Below, piece by piece: positions 6,969-7,198 of a stretch of DNA of 7,198 bases. Location of the stretch: the IMG/VR virus record IMGVR_UViG_2617271072_000001; one strand, written 5' to 3'. The translations under genes were made by a program, and so were the position numbers. Below the pieces are notes generated by a model. It saw nothing but the letters and a program-made list of their open reading frames with translations, was not told the DNA's origin and did not search any database. Numbering within the stretch: position 1 is the first letter of the stretch; every line of letters starts with the position of its first letter. Origin of the DNA: a virus. Taxonomy: Duplodnaviria; Heunggongvirae; Uroviricota; Caudoviricetes.

Positions 6969-7198
6969 CACCGGACATTATCCTGCAGCGTACCGGAATC
7001 GACGTGAGAGCTGTCGAACAGGGGGATGATGCGTGGCACAAATTACGGCTCGGCGTCATCACCGCTTCAGAAGTTCACAATGTGATAGCAAAACCCCGCT
7101 CCGGAAAAAAGTGGCCTGACATGAAAATGTCCTACTTCCACACCCTGCTGGCTGAGGTTTGCACCGGTGTGGCTCCGGAAGTTAATGCTAAGGCGCTG
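6965..7198 (+). CDS. exo: Exo / Red-alpha 5'-3' exonuclease, 5' partial (runs off the right edge)
   Basis: [65 protein letters not shown]... matches the lambda Exo N-terminus as recalled. ATGA overlap with the bet stop; AGGTGG upstream; open to the window end. Confidence 0.9.

Overview
This window is the early-control region of a lambdoid prophage, with no sign of an undescribed system; nearly every base is accounted for by known lambdoid modules. From left to right: the 3' part of an IS3-family insertion sequence (1 to ~483), inserted into the 3' end of ren; then, on the minus strand, lambda-type ren (truncated), P and O (with the four ori iterons and AT-rich tract inside O), a cII-family c1 gene, and a P22-type cro. 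On the plus strand follow a P22-type c2 repressor, an N/gp24-family antiterminator, a gap where ral would sit, then ea10, cIII, kil, gam, bet and the 5' end of exo. sieB lies on the minus strand between the N-like gene and the gap. Regulatory elements are readable directly: OR and OL operators, matching boxA/boxB nut sites on both sides of the immunity region, a CII-type TTGC-N6-TTGC site inside c1, an oop-like antisense unit at the c1/O junction, and three intrinsic terminators. The points worth a second look are the mosaic structure (P22-type immunity in a lambda-type backbone), the IS insertion into ren, and the 260-bp non-coding, repeat-bearing segment in place of ral. All protein identifications rest on recall of reference phage proteins and on motifs seen in the sequence; no database search was run.
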